A stretch of DNA of 64,000 nucleotides from a virus. The notes below the pieces were generated by a model. It saw only the letters and a program-made list of their open reading frames with translations. It was not told where the DNA came from and did not search any database. The stretch lies in the IMG/VR virus record IMGVR_UViG_3300005340_000038, positions 1 through 64,000 of that record; one strand, 5' to 3'. A program made the translations under genes and the position numbers. This document shows, piece by piece, positions 18,046-28,214 of the stretch; position 1 is the first letter of the stretch; each line of letters opens with the position of its first letter.

Positions 18046-21000
18046 CTAGTTGGGGATATGGTTCCAGATAAATTGACTGGTAGTCGCAGTCGGTGATATG
18101 ACCGGCGTGCCCCACCCCGCGATAATGACCTTGTTTACTGTCGGTGCAACGGTCGTATAGTTCACTCTAAAGCCATCGTCTGTGTAGGCGTTAAGCGTCC
18201 CGCTGACGATGACAGTCCCGCTATCGTTGAGTATCTCGTAGAAGCGATCCGCCACACGCGACCGCGTAACGGTAGGGGATACATCGTCTTTTTCAAGGAA
18301 TGATGCGGTGGTATTCGTCCCGGAGGCATCGCTGAACATCAGGCTATACGCACCCGCATTGCTATTGTCGATCACGTTCGCCGTGGTCATCGATGCGCCA
18401 ATGCCCCGGATGGCTAGGGGCTTAAAGCTGAACCCGCCATGATTGGAAAGACCTGTCGTCGTTGGCGTATCAATGATTTGTATCTCAGGGGTGGATGTCG
18501 GTGCCATGTCAAAGGCGAGGAAATAGAGCGAGTGGTCCTGGCTCACGACATTAGACCGCACAGAGAACCCCTGCGAGGTAAACGACTCGACTGAGGCTCT
18601 CAGGATATAGCTATAACACCCCGATGTCGGCACGGTCCAGGCATTACTAGTATCGATAACCCCATAGATGTCTGTGGGGTTAGAGGCCAGCGTAGACCTG
18701 ACGCCATAGGCTGATTGTGTAACGTTGGCTCCGTCATTCGCTGCGAACCCGAGCGATTGCCGGTAGTTCGTTTGTGACAGTGGCCCCAGCGTGCTTTGCA
18801 GCGATGCGCTCGCGGCGATGAGGAAGTTGGCTTCAAAGCCCACGTTGTTGACGAGGGTCGTGCCGCCGGTCGTCGTATTCATGATCAAGCCACCAGCGAA
18901 TGTAGCTTTGATGTCAGTGCCGCCATAGAAATCGACGATCATTTGATACGGCGCGGCTGCGGCTTGCGACCAACTAAGCTCAATGCCGTCTGTCACGTAT
19001 CTCGACACAGCCGCAATGCCCTGCGTCGTAGCATCAACGGCGGCATTCTCCATGCGGATGATGGCATTGTCGCCAGAGGCGCGGCGTGTAGCAACAGTGG
19101 CACTGGCGTCTTTGCTCGCTGCCCCGATGTACCACTGGTGCCCCTGGTTGTCAGCACATCCATACGATATGCGGAACGGAGCTACTGTAGAATTGGTGGA
19201 CGTAGCCGACGATACCGTGATACATACGGCTGATGGCGTACCTATACCGGGGATAGTAATCGACTGCGTACCCACCACGGTAGATGCGGATTGCCGTTTA
19301 TGCTGCACGACCAGAGGCGATGGAGGTGCAACAACGGGCTGTGCCTCAATCGCGCCGATGTCGCATGCGCCGCCGGACGGCTTGGGACGATATCCACCGG
19401 TAAAATCCGTGGAGTAGCCCGTAACGCACGTACCCGCGTCACGCGCTGGGCTGAGCGCACCCAGGCCGAAGTTGCCGCTCGAAGGGCTAAGCCAGAGCGG
19501 GTTAGCCGTCAGGTTATGGTCTTGCGTAATGCCAGAGCCAGTAATGGCCCCGCTGCTGTTTCCGTACATGATGGTATTAGACACAGTAGTAGACGTGACG
19601 CCAGAGCCGACGAATATGCCCCACTGACTATTGTTGCCGATGGAGTTGTAGTAGAGTTGTTGCGTGCTCACGCCTGAATCAACGAGGTTGACACCGGATA
19701 ATGTATTGGCATAGATGAGATTGTTATAGAAAATGTTGTTCGAGCCCTCGTCGATGAGAATACCATTTTGCCCGTTATTACTAATCCGGTTGCGGAAATA
19801 AACGCCGTTGCTGGGTGATGATGTGGCCTCATTGAACAGATAGAGGCCGTTTTGGGTATTGGATTGAATCGTGTTGTCAAAAATCGTGTTATTGACACCA
19901 CTTACGCCTATACCCGTGCGATTGTGATGGATATAGAGGCTCGATAGTGTATTGTCGCTAGACCCTGCCCGCAGATGAACGCCGCCACCTAGAGCTGCGT
20001 TGGCAACCTCAAAATTCTCCAAGATGAGATGGTCTGCTGAACTACCGGTCGTGCCTTCATACCCCTCGGCCACGACATTATCACCCGTTACGTGAGCGCC
20101 ATCGAACAGCAGATAGCCGCCGCTGCCGCTCACGCGCACATAGATCGAGTTGTCCGTGATCGTCAGAACATGCAACCCCGAGTTGGGGCGCACGATAACA
20201 TTGGCGTTGTCTGCTACCAGAAGCGAGTAAATACCTGAGTCGGTGGCATCGTTACCAAATTTGCTAGCAATCGTGAGATTTTCGGCATACGTACCAGAAT
20301 TGATAATGCATTTGTCGCCTGGAGATGCGAGGGCATTGATGCAATGCTGGATCGTAAGGAAAGGGGTTCCCACATCGCCATTATTACTATCGCTACTGCC
20401 CGTTTTGGCAACATAAAAGGTGTGGATGGTTGGTCCGCCGCCGCCTCCACCGCCACCACCCCCACCTCCTGTAGAGCCTCGCTCATAGGCACCTGCGTCA
20501 TACTTGGAGCCGACAGGGCGTGCACCGCCTGTAATATCAGTAGTGATGCCACCGACCTGATTGTAGGCATCAACCGCCGCATTAGTCCCAGACTTGAGGG
20601 AAAAGTCGTTGCCTGCTGCGTTGTTGAACATTGCTGATGAGCCTGTGATATTCCCTGATACACAGCTCCCACTTTGGCAGATATTGTTTTGAACAAGGTC
20701 CGACAAAGTCGTGTTCTTGTCGCATGCTGCTATACCAGCGCAGCCGTTCGGGTTAGCGAAACCTTCAGAGTTGTTATAGCACGTATTATGGTAAGCGCGC
20801 GATGTATCATCATGCAGAGATAGACACCACGAAGTATTTCCAGCTATGACGTTATTATATGCCGTTACGCCCCTGCCAATAGAGAGCGCGTCGCCTCTGA
20901 CGATGCACCCGTTAGGGTCTGTGCACCCATAACACTTATCGGGGTGCGTGACCTTGCTAGTTAAAATGAGATTGTTGCGGATAATGCCATTCGCTAATCC

Positions 21001-21912
21001 GCCAGGCCCATTCACCCCATCATCGCGGCCATTAGAGAAAGCTCCTAAATCATCATTCATCGGGTTGTCGTGGATATAATTGCCATCGACAATAAAATCG
21101 TGGGCACGTTCCTTGATGTCAATCGCCTCTTTGCGTGTACCCTTAATCTCATTGCGGAGAATCTGGAAATTATAGCTCCCCATCTTTGATTCAGTAGAGT
21201 CAGAGATGTAGATACCCTCGCCCGACCCACCATCTGGGCAGTCAGGAACCTCACCACTATCCTGAATCAGATTGTCCGAAATTTCAAAGTCGTGGGGCTC
21301 AGCCCCTGAAACTGTCCCGCTATCGTCGCTATTGGCCCTATCAACTTTAATGCCATTCCAGTCATTCTTTTCGATCCAATTCCATCTAAAGATAAAATGG
21401 TCAGCCCCATTGCGGAGACGAATGCGGAACAATCTTTTGAAATGAATGTGCTCAACAATGAACCAATCTCGATTGTCCCAGTTTGGGTCTAATTTGCCTT
21501 GATATGTGCAGCAAAAATCCCACTGAATAATCGGCATTGCACCGGAACCAAATGACCCAAATATCGTATAGTTGCCAGATGTGCCAGAGGGCATAATAGT
21601 GAACTTGGGGTCTGAGTTGGTCCAAACAGACCCGCGCTCAAAGAGCATGCAATCGCCAGGTCCCCACTTAGTCCGCATTTTAGTGAACGTACTACATTTC
21701 TGAGATGCGCTATCGCAAGAATTATTATCACTCGCACCCGATAGCGTCGAAAAATACCACTTATCGCCATGGCACTGAGATAAATCCGTATTTTGCCCAT
21801 TGTCGGCCCAGGCGCTGAATGGTGGAGCAGCATGAGTTTTAATGGCACAAATGCAGAGCGCGAGTATAGCGAGAAAGATAAACTGTGAGATGACGACAAT
21901 GCGGCGCGGCAT
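18046..21912 (-). CDS. Large secreted protein with two beta-helix (pectin-lyase-like) domains and a C-terminal beta-rich domain
   Basis: Signal peptide (THA/AP), DAGAYE and DIGAIE domain ends, poly-Gly linker, FYVAKTGS...PFLTIQ. Confidence 0.75.
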   Translation of the reverse strand: MPRRIVVISQFIFLAILALCICAIKTHAAPPFSAWADNGQNTDLSQCHGDKWYFSTLSGASDNNSCDSASQKCSTFTKMRTKWGPGDCMLFERGSVWTNSDPKFTIMPSGTSGNYTIFGSFGSGAMPIIQWDFCCTYQGKLDPNWDNRDWFIVEHIHFKRLFRIRLRNGADHFIFRWNWIEKNDWNGIKVDRANSDDSGTVSGAEPHDFEISDNLIQDSGEVPDCPDGGSGEGIYISDSTESKMGSYNFQILRNEIKGTRKEAIDIKERAHDFIVDGNYIHDNPMNDDLGAFSNGRDDGVNGPGGLANGIIRNNLILTSKVTHPDKCYGCTDPNGCIVRGDALSIGRGVTAYNNVIAGNTSWCLSLHDDTSRAYHNTCYNNSEGFANPNGCAGIAACDKNTTLSDLVQNNICQSGSCVSGNITGSSAMFNNAAGNDFSLKSGTNAAVDAYNQVGGITTDITGGARPVGSKYDAGAYERGSTGGGGGGGGGGGGPTIHTFYVAKTGSSDSNNGDVGTPFLTIQHCINALASPGDKCIINSGTYAENLTIASKFGNDATDSGIYSLLVADNANVIVRPNSGLHVLTITDNSIYVRVSGSGGYLLFDGAHVTGDNVVAEGYEGTTGSSADHLILENFEVANAALGGGVHLRAGSSDNTLSSLYIHHNRTGIGVSGVNNTIFDNTIQSNTQNGLYLFNEATSSPSNGVYFRNRISNNGQNGILIDEGSNNIFYNNLIYANTLSGVNLVDSGVSTQQLYYNSIGNNSQWGIFVGSGVTSTTVSNTIMYGNSSGAITGSGITQDHNLTANPLWLSPSSGNFGLGALSPARDAGTCVTGYSTDFTGGYRPKPSGGACDIGAIEAQPVVAPPSPLVVQHKRQSASTVVGTQSITIPGIGTPSAVCITVSSATSTNSTVAPFRISYGCADNQGHQWYIGAASKDASATVATRRASGDNAIIRMENAAVDATTQGIAAVSRYVTDGIELSWSQAAAAPYQMIVDFYGGTDIKATFAGGLIMNTTTGGTTLVNNVGFEANFLIAASASLQSTLGPLSQTNYRQSLGFAANDGANVTQSAYGVRSTLASNPTDIYGVIDTSNAWTVPTSGCYSYILRASVESFTSQGFSVRSNVVSQDHSLYFLAFDMAPTSTPEIQIIDTPTTTGLSNHGGFSFKPLAIRGIGASMTTANVIDNSNAGAYSLMFSDASGTNTTASFLEKDDVSPTVTRSRVADRFYEILNDSGTVIVSGTLNAYTDDGFRVNYTTVAPTVNKVIIAGWGTPVISPTATTSQFIWNHIPN

Positions 21913-23027
21913 TACTGGTCACTCCACGAGTCATGAAGCACCTCGGCCACGGCGCTGATAAGCTGGACATGAGAGGTATCTGCTGTGGTACCCGAGCCCT
22001 GCACCGCGCGGACGTAGAGCATGTCCCCCTTAGCGCACGGGCCATTGGGTAGAAACGCGGCAGTTGTGAACTTAAAATGCTGGTTCTGGCTCACGGGAAA
22101 GGAGACAAAACTGACTGTGATAGTCGGAGCCGCAGCCCACAGCGAATTGTATACATCGCCTGACCCTCGGCACTGCGCTGCGATATCCCAAACCATTGTC
22201 GTCGATGTGAGTGCGATATCCGATTTAGCATGTATCGTAATGGTCATGGGCTGATTGGGCGCAATCGATTGACGGAGCGGCGAATTGAAATGGAAATGTG
22301 AATTGATCGACGTTGGGCATGTCACAATGATCGACTCAGGGCCTCCCGAAGCCAGCGCAATCTCAGACCGCGCGCATGCAGAACTCGCGATGTACCATGA
22401 CCCCGCTGGGAATATATAGGGGTGATACTCACGCGCGCCGAGGAATAGCGTGGTTTGGCCTGTGGAGGTCGTTGTGCGAAGCGGTGCCCCTGCACCGAGA
22501 ATGTTCCCAACCTGGCCATTAGGTATGTTGAGGTTAAATCCCCCATCTCGACCCCCGGTGATGCTACTAATCGTGCAACCATTCGTCGGATCAAACCAAA
22601 ATCGGCACTCATTCTCTTCGTTTGGGCCGATAGCAAAATAATTGGCAGAGTCTACCGCAGTTGATATGCGGGGATTGACGAGGAAATTCTCTTCCAACCC
22701 TTGAGCCGGTGCACCTCCACTACCCCCACCACTCTCTAATACCCATGCGCTATTGATGCATAGATAGCTCTGCGCCACACCCGCATTGTTGACCTTGCGA
22801 GACGTACCCGTCGTGCACGCACCGGTAGGCACAGCGCTATACATCGGCGGGACTTTGCTGGAGCCGTCTGTGTTCCACACGTCGCCGCCCTGAACATTCG
22901 CGCCCTGCTTAGGCGGGGTAAACGTCTGAGCGTAAGCCGTATTAGGGAATCGTAGTACGACCGCCAAACTCAATAATATCAGTACCCGTATGCCAGAGCA
23001 TAAGGCTGGAGAATCGCGTAATTTCAA
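21912..23027 (-). CDS. Hypothetical exported/virion-associated protein; start uncertain
   Basis: 371 aa ORF, signal-like segment (ILLSLAVV...AYA/QT) overlapping the upstream gene. Confidence 0.55.
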   Translation of the reverse strand: MKLRDSPALCSGIRVLILLSLAVVLRFPNTAYAQTFTPPKQGANVQGGDVWNTDGSSKVPPMYSAVPTGACTTGTSRKVNNAGVAQSYLCINSAWVLESGGGSGGAPAQGLEENFLVNPRISTAVDSANYFAIGPNEENECRFWFDPTNGCTISSITGGRDGGFNLNIPNGQVGNILGAGAPLRTTTSTGQTTLFLGAREYHPYIFPAGSWYIASSACARSEIALASGGPESIIVTCPTSINSHFHFNSPLRQSIAPNQPMTITIHAKSDIALTSTTMVWDIAAQCRGSGDVYNSLWAAAPTITVSFVSFPVSQNQHFKFTTAAFLPNGPCAKGDMLYVRAVQGSGTTADTSHVQLISAVAEVLHDSWSDQ

Positions 23028-23367
23028 AATCTCTACCGCCCGCTAGGCGTATATTGCCCGGTGAGTGTTTGACTGTGATGGTGTGGCCCGTCGCGCCTAG
23101 GACGACGATCACGTCACCCTGTTGCATGCCCAGAATAGAGGACAAATTGTCAGTTGTGCCAGTCTGTGCCGACAGGATGTAAAACTGCCACGCCACAGAC
23201 CGGATGGATTTATCTACGTCAGCCGCACTCAAATCACCGGCGCTGATCGTAGATGTCCCACCCGGTTGTATGCCGTCAATGGCGAGCGTCCGCAAATAGA
23301 CCTGATACCGCGTTACGGTAAACTGGTCATTTTGTAGCGTCACCGATTTGGGCGCGAAATGAGGCAT
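22942..23367 (-). CDS. Hypothetical virion-associated protein
   Basis: TDNLSSI.G...GDVIVV......TITVKH..GNIRL pattern seen in phage appendage proteins. Confidence 0.55.
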   Translation of the reverse strand: MPHFAPKSVTLQNDQFTVTRYQVYLRTLAIDGIQPGGTSTISAGDLSAADVDKSIRSVAWQFYILSAQTGTTDNLSSILGMQQGDVIVVLGATGHTITVKHSPGNIRLAGGRDFEITRFSSLMLWHTGTDIIEFGGRTTIP

Positions 23368-23377
23368 AGATATCTAT

Positions 23378-23704
23378 CTACGGCAGCGAACCCTCGACCA
23401 CGCGAACGGCCTTAAGCCATTGCCGATGAAAGCCCTCGCCGCCATTGAAAACGAGCTTGAGGTCCAGCAGATCATCTACCCCCACATCTAGCGAGTAGTC
23501 GATCTGCCCGTGATAATCGCCATCGCTGCCGATGACGTGGAACAGGTAAACAGGCCACGCCTGGCCCGTCACCTCGGTCGTCGTGCCACGCCGGTACAGC
23601 GTCGCCTGAACAGTCGCATCATTGATCGGGTCGCCCGTCGACGCCGAGCGGGCATTGGTGATTTTGAGCAGATGGTCACTGCCGTAAAGATAGGCTTCCA
23701 TCAC
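23378..23704 (-). CDS. Putative Ig-like virion adaptor protein
   Basis: 108 aa beta-rich, TGDPINDATVQATL. Confidence 0.5.
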   Translation of the reverse strand: MMEAYLYGSDHLLKITNARSASTGDPINDATVQATLYRRGTTTEVTGQAWPVYLFHVIGSDGDYHGQIDYSLDVGVDDLLDLKLVFNGGEGFHRQWLKAVRVVEGSLP

Positions 23705-23720
23705 AGTATCTCAGTTCAGG

Positions 23721-24158
23721 TTACGCGCTAATCTGGATAAGGCCCTCAGTATTGACGACGAACGTCACGTTTGTTCCCTGTGCAGTGAACGGCATATTGT
23801 CATCAATAAACGCGATGGGATAGGAATCAGAGTCATTTGTAACATGGACATAAATGACATGGCCGGCCATCTGCCGTGTGCCCGCGCCCAACGCTGTATA
23901 AGCGATATCCTCGGTGTCTAGCTCAGTGCGATCATTGGCGTTGTCTTGCGTCACGGTCTGCGTAGCAAATGTCGTGCGGGCATAGTTCGCGCCGTTAAAC
24001 TCGTCCAGAGTCGTGAAGTCAGCAATGAAGTTCACATCTTTTTCGGTGTCAGCGGTCGTATTGGTCATGACGGCAAGTGCGCGAATATCAGCCGTGCTCA
24101 TATTGAGGGCAGCGGTAGCGAGCTTATTCGTCACTTTGGTATAGGCAAAGTTGGCCAT
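23721..24158 (-). CDS. Putative phage structural (fibre/minor tail) protein
   Basis: Start MANFAY with AGGAG RBS; DE..GANYAR, PIAFID, GTNVTF.....G motifs typical of phage appendage proteins. Confidence 0.6.
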   Translation of the reverse strand: MANFAYTKVTNKLATAALNMSTADIRALAVMTNTTADTEKDVNFIADFTTLDEFNGANYARTTFATQTVTQDNANDRTELDTEDIAYTALGAGTRQMAGHVIYVHVTNDSDSYPIAFIDDNMPFTAQGTNVTFVVNTEGLIQISA

Positions 24159-24170
24159 GTCATATCTCCT

Positions 24171-24276
24171 AAAATAAAAAAGGGCCAGCAACATCCCCAT
24201 TAGAGGTATTGCTGGCCCAAGGGGTCTACCCTGTCACAAAGGACAAGGCGATCTCGATACCAGAGTTATTTAGTTT
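24171..24276 (-). promoter_or_regulatory. Structured 5' leader ending in intrinsic terminator (copy A)
   Basis: Minus strand: small hairpin then GGGCCAGCAA...TTGCTGGCCC stem followed by T-tract just before RBS of 24158; homologous to 32827-32929. Confidence 0.65.
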
Positions 24277-24310
24277 TGCACCGACACAAATGTAATAGTC
24301 TTACCTCCTG

Positions 24311-26752
24311 CTACGCATCGGGTTCAATTAGCTCAATGTTAGTAACGAGGACGGTCGGTGTAAATATAATGCTATCGATCAGTACCCCTCCATATTGGGC
24401 AGGAGGTGTTAGCCCAATAAACATCGTAGGAGGTATAACCCTGATCCTGGCAAACCCCATCGCAACAATTTCATCTATCGTCATGAATGGCGAGCTGACA
24501 CCAATCACGGCAGGCGATAGGGGCACCTGCTCGATGAGATTGAGTGCCTGAGTAGGCGCGCCTATGGAGATGTTGACAGGCGTGAGGTAGATGGGCCGAT
24601 GATACGTCATTTCAGGGACGATAAGAGATATCGTCGCAGGCGACAAGTCTACTGTCTCGGCAATAGAGACAGATGGCGCTGACAGGCTAATCAGTACAGG
24701 CGTGAGGAAAAACTCGAATAGTTCCTCGAATGACAGCGGCGGGACAGCCAGAGATATAACGATAGGTGATAGGCCAATTGTGCAGAGGACAGTAGTGGGT
24801 GGCGCGATGAGACTGATTGGAACGGGAGACAAATCAATCGTCTCATTGAGCCCAAAATTGCGCGCGTAAACGCCAATAGTTACCGGGTCACACTCGATAT
24901 ATTCGTCAAGGCTCACCATACTAGGAACAGAGAGGGAAACAGAGGCGGGCGCTAGGCTCATAGTCTCAGAAACAGTTACTGTCGGGCTCGTCACACTGAT
25001 CGGAATAGGAGATATGTCAATCATCTCATAGCGATCTGTGCTCGGGATAGTCAGCGATAGCATGACAGGCGTTAAATGAAACAGGAGTCCGGCCAGCATG
25101 CCAAGCGTCGGAATATTGACGGTTATGACCGCGGGGGTGAGATCAATCGCTTCAGACACATGAGTAGTCGGCAAGATCAGGTCAATAGAGACAGGTACGA
25201 GATCGATTGTTTCATAGTAGTCTGTTGCAGGCACGCCTAGAGAGATAACCGGGGGTGTTAGGTAAAATACCTCACTAAACGGCATGGCGGGAACAGACAG
25301 GGATATCGTAGTCGTATTGAGTGAGATCGTCTCGTTAACATGCGTTGCTGGCGAAGACAGATTGATCCTGACCGGCGTCATCGTAAACGCTTGCAGAGGC
25401 CTGAACCCAGGAACGCTGACATATATGGACGCTGGCCCCAGATTCATGGACTCGAAAAATGTCGTCTGCAACGGAGAGACAGAAAGATTAGCGGGGCCAA
25501 ACCCGAGAGACTCGGAAATGCTCGTAGACGGGGCCGATAACGAGATGACAACTGGGTTCAGTTGGAACACAGAGGATGTGAGCAGCCCAGGGACATTGAC
25601 AATAATATTGACAGGCGTGAGGGGTATCGCCTCGCTGATGCCTACGGCTGGGCTGTCAACTGTGATTACTGCCGGAGCCATCAGCACTTGTTCAGCTCGC
25701 CCAAGCGTCGGGACAGTCAAATTAATGTCTGCGGGGCTTAGCGTGATGGACTCAGAAATGCTCACAGCGGGCGGCGTTAGCGAGATTACAACAGGCGTCA
25801 AATTGATGCTGACAGGCTGCTCAGGCTCGTCAAACCCGATGTCCCAGGTTGCAAACGTCTCGCCGTCTACGTCGTCATCGAAGGGGTAAATCGAGTCGCC
25901 GCTGAGATTGGTACCATACCCTAACGCGCCGGTATCGGAAAGACTTAGATGGTAGTTTTTATTGCTGACATCGACGAACGTGAAAGTCTGGCTGTGCCTA
26001 CTATGCGCGCCTGGAGCTGTTGTATCGCCCGAGGAATTGTAGTCGCCATTCGTTCCGGTAACTAGGAATCCACCATTCGTATTGCTAACCCCGATACAGT
26101 TATAGCAATACATCGACGACGTATTTGACGCAGCAAACCCATAGTCGCCATTGCTAGCTGAGACGCTGTTGTAGATATAGGCAACATGCCCTGAACTGGC
26201 GTGGAACCCGCGCTTCTCATTATTGTGGGCTAGGCAATCTACGAAAACATAAGTCGCGGTGCCCGCACATGAGAACCCGTGGTTTTTTTCCGTCCCAGAA
26301 TTAACGCAATTATTGGCAATACAACCAATAACCCTATTACCAGTCCCTGCACATCTATAGCCATGGCGCTCGTTTGTCGAGTTATTTGTAAGCTTAACAT
26401 CCAGGTCTTCAGCAGCGGCATAGCTCTCATTGCCGAGGTTGACAACATCGGAGTCGCCCGTGTAGTAGAGCGCGAATCCGGTGCCATAGACGCCAGTGTG
26501 CTTATGGCCTACGGCTGCTCGAATTTTGCGGAAGTGGGTTGCGTCTGTGGTTCCACCGATAGGGAGCCAGCGCTGATTATAGCTTGCTGAATCTGTATAC
26601 CCCTCAATGGTATACGAGACATTATTGCTAACCATGTTGACATCGGTATCAGACTCGTAGACAGCGAGGTCTGTGTAGTCGCGACCGTGGCCACTCGCGC
26701 CAAATGTGTTGACGACCTCATTGACGCCATTTTTACGGGCTGATACCATCAC
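24311..26752 (-). CDS. Beta-helix head plus ~22 tandem 20-aa repeats (fibre/stalk-like)
   Basis: N-terminal beta-helix ending WDIGFDE, then LxPxxIxLxxPxxxxxExIx repeats; no signal peptide. Confidence 0.65.
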   Translation of the reverse strand: MMVSARKNGVNEVVNTFGASGHGRDYTDLAVYESDTDVNMVSNNVSYTIEGYTDSASYNQRWLPIGGTTDATHFRKIRAAVGHKHTGVYGTGFALYYTGDSDVVNLGNESYAAAEDLDVKLTNNSTNERHGYRCAGTGNRVIGCIANNCVNSGTEKNHGFSCAGTATYVFVDCLAHNNEKRGFHASSGHVAYIYNSVSASNGDYGFAASNTSSMYCYNCIGVSNTNGGFLVTGTNGDYNSSGDTTAPGAHSRHSQTFTFVDVSNKNYHLSLSDTGALGYGTNLSGDSIYPFDDDVDGETFATWDIGFDEPEQPVSINLTPVVISLTPPAVSISESITLSPADINLTVPTLGRAEQVLMAPAVITVDSPAVGISEAIPLTPVNIIVNVPGLLTSSVFQLNPVVISLSAPSTSISESLGFGPANLSVSPLQTTFFESMNLGPASIYVSVPGFRPLQAFTMTPVRINLSSPATHVNETISLNTTTISLSVPAMPFSEVFYLTPPVISLGVPATDYYETIDLVPVSIDLILPTTHVSEAIDLTPAVITVNIPTLGMLAGLLFHLTPVMLSLTIPSTDRYEMIDISPIPISVTSPTVTVSETMSLAPASVSLSVPSMVSLDEYIECDPVTIGVYARNFGLNETIDLSPVPISLIAPPTTVLCTIGLSPIVISLAVPPLSFEELFEFFLTPVLISLSAPSVSIAETVDLSPATISLIVPEMTYHRPIYLTPVNISIGAPTQALNLIEQVPLSPAVIGVSSPFMTIDEIVAMGFARIRVIPPTMFIGLTPPAQYGGVLIDSIIFTPTVLVTNIELIEPDA

Positions 26753-26758
26753 ATCATC

Positions 26759-27193
26759 CTAGATGTAAGTCTGCGTCATTTTGTCAAACACGAGCCCATC
26801 GACATCGAACACATGCGCATCGAAGAGGTACAGCCCTGTCTCCGAATCAACATGGAGGAACGGCTGATAGACATCGCTCACGTCATAGAGCCGGTCAAAA
26901 TCGAGCGGGTGGAGTTCATTGAGCCGCTCAAACGGGATGCAATAGCGGCGCTTGTCGTACCACGTCTCGCCCTCATAGAGCGGCTCCATCAGGGCTTGCA
27001 TGTCGTAGTCGTCCAGCCCATCGATGCGGAGGTAGAGCAAATGCCCCATCTCGCGGAGACCTACGCCATTCGTTGGCTCACGCACGGTGATGATGTCGCC
27101 TGATAGCCCTCGTTCGCCACCCGCGTCACCCGCATAGCTTGGGATGAGCAACCCCGCTTCCCAGACTCTAAATTGTTGATAGGTCTGAGGCAT
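26759..27193 (-). CDS. Hypothetical protein
   Basis: 144 aa ORF in operon. Confidence 0.55.
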   Translation of the reverse strand: MPQTYQQFRVWEAGLLIPSYAGDAGGERGLSGDIITVREPTNGVGLREMGHLLYLRIDGLDDYDMQALMEPLYEGETWYDKRRYCIPFERLNELHPLDFDRLYDVSDVYQPFLHVDSETGLYLFDAHVFDVDGLVFDKMTQTYI

Positions 27194-27196
27194 AGG

Positions 27197-27391
27197 TCAC
27201 CTTAGCTGCAAATGGCCAGATGGCAATAAGCCCACCCACGACAGCAGATAAACGATCATAATGATGACCACAACGGCAATCGCAACCGTGCGCAACCATA
27301 GCAACGATGGGGGCAAGGGTATCTGCGTCATTAGCCACGCGATCAGGCCCATGACCAGAATGAGAACCAGAATTTGGATGAGTGGCAACAT
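27197..27391 (-). CDS. Small two-TM membrane protein
   Basis: MLPLIQILVLILVMGLIAWL..IPLP...VAIAVVVIIMIVYLL. Confidence 0.6.
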   Translation of the reverse strand: MLPLIQILVLILVMGLIAWLMTQIPLPPSLLWLRTVAIAVVVIIMIVYLLSWVGLLPSGHLQLR

Positions 27392-27398
27392 ATAATCT

Positions 27399-27968
27399 CT
27401 AATCGCTCGATGACACATCGTTTTGCAATGCGTCAATTGCGTTCTGGAGCGTCAAACTGTCGGGCAGATTCGGGTTGATATGAGAGTATCCATTCACTGC
27501 GGTTTTGATTGCCGCTAAACTTCCAGCCGCAGCTAAGTCAGTCTTATATTGCTCCCACTGTGTAATCATCGCATTCGTTTTGCCATTCGTCGCATTAAAC
27601 AAACTGATTAGGCGCTTGAGTAACGCTTTAAACACTTTGCGCCACCTCGGATGGTTATTGATAGAAGTCAGAGCCTGTGTTGCGTCAAGAGCATCGCGCC
27701 AGGCGGCCTCTGCTGGGGCAAAGGCGTCAATCTCGCCCTGCGTCGCGTTGCGGATGGTGTTGCTGCCAGGTAGGGCAATCTTGGCAAACCCGAGTACGCG
27801 CATCGGACCAAGTACGCCGTCTACGACCTCGGTAACATCGGGCCCATCGGTTAGTGTTGGGTCTACTAAAACACCGAAGTAGGTAGGGTCGGACTCAGAG
27901 AACGATTGCCCCGCCACTGATATTTTGAGGACTTCGCCGCCATCGATGCGATAGAGTGCCGTGGGCAT
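27399..27968 (-). CDS. Hypothetical protein (possible fibre chaperone)
   Basis: Start reassigned to MPTALY with GAAGGAG RBS; helical C-terminus. Confidence 0.55.
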   Translation of the reverse strand: MPTALYRIDGGEVLKISVAGQSFSESDPTYFGVLVDPTLTDGPDVTEVVDGVLGPMRVLGFAKIALPGSNTIRNATQGEIDAFAPAEAAWRDALDATQALTSINNHPRWRKVFKALLKRLISLFNATNGKTNAMITQWEQYKTDLAAAGSLAAIKTAVNGYSHINPNLPDSLTLQNAIDALQNDVSSSD

Positions 27969-27969
27969 G

Positions 27970-28203
27970 CTAACTCCTTCCACAAACGCGGATACGGTCG
28001 CCGACTTGGCATTCGTTGGGGAACGGGCCGTCATGGTCTGTCGATCCCGCGAGATGAATGCGGTAAACCGATGACCCTGCATAGGTTTCGATGATTTTAG
28101 GAAGCCCCGCATTGGGGCCATCAAACTGCCCATCTGTATCTTTGCTCCCATCACAGCCTGTAAAATTAATAGTAAAATTGCCCAAATAGAGAGGTGTATA
28201 CAT
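27970..28203 (-). CDS. Small hypothetical protein
   Basis: 77 aa filling the gap between two genes; AGGA RBS. Confidence 0.45.
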   Translation of the reverse strand: MYTPLYLGNFTINFTGCDGSKDTDGQFDGPNAGLPKIIETYAGSSVYRIHLAGSTDHDGPFPNECQVGDRIRVCGRS

Positions 28204-28214
28204 ATATTATCCTG

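Noticed and set aside
20434-20470. C-rich low-complexity tract
   Set aside because: Encodes a poly-Gly interdomain linker in 18046-21912.
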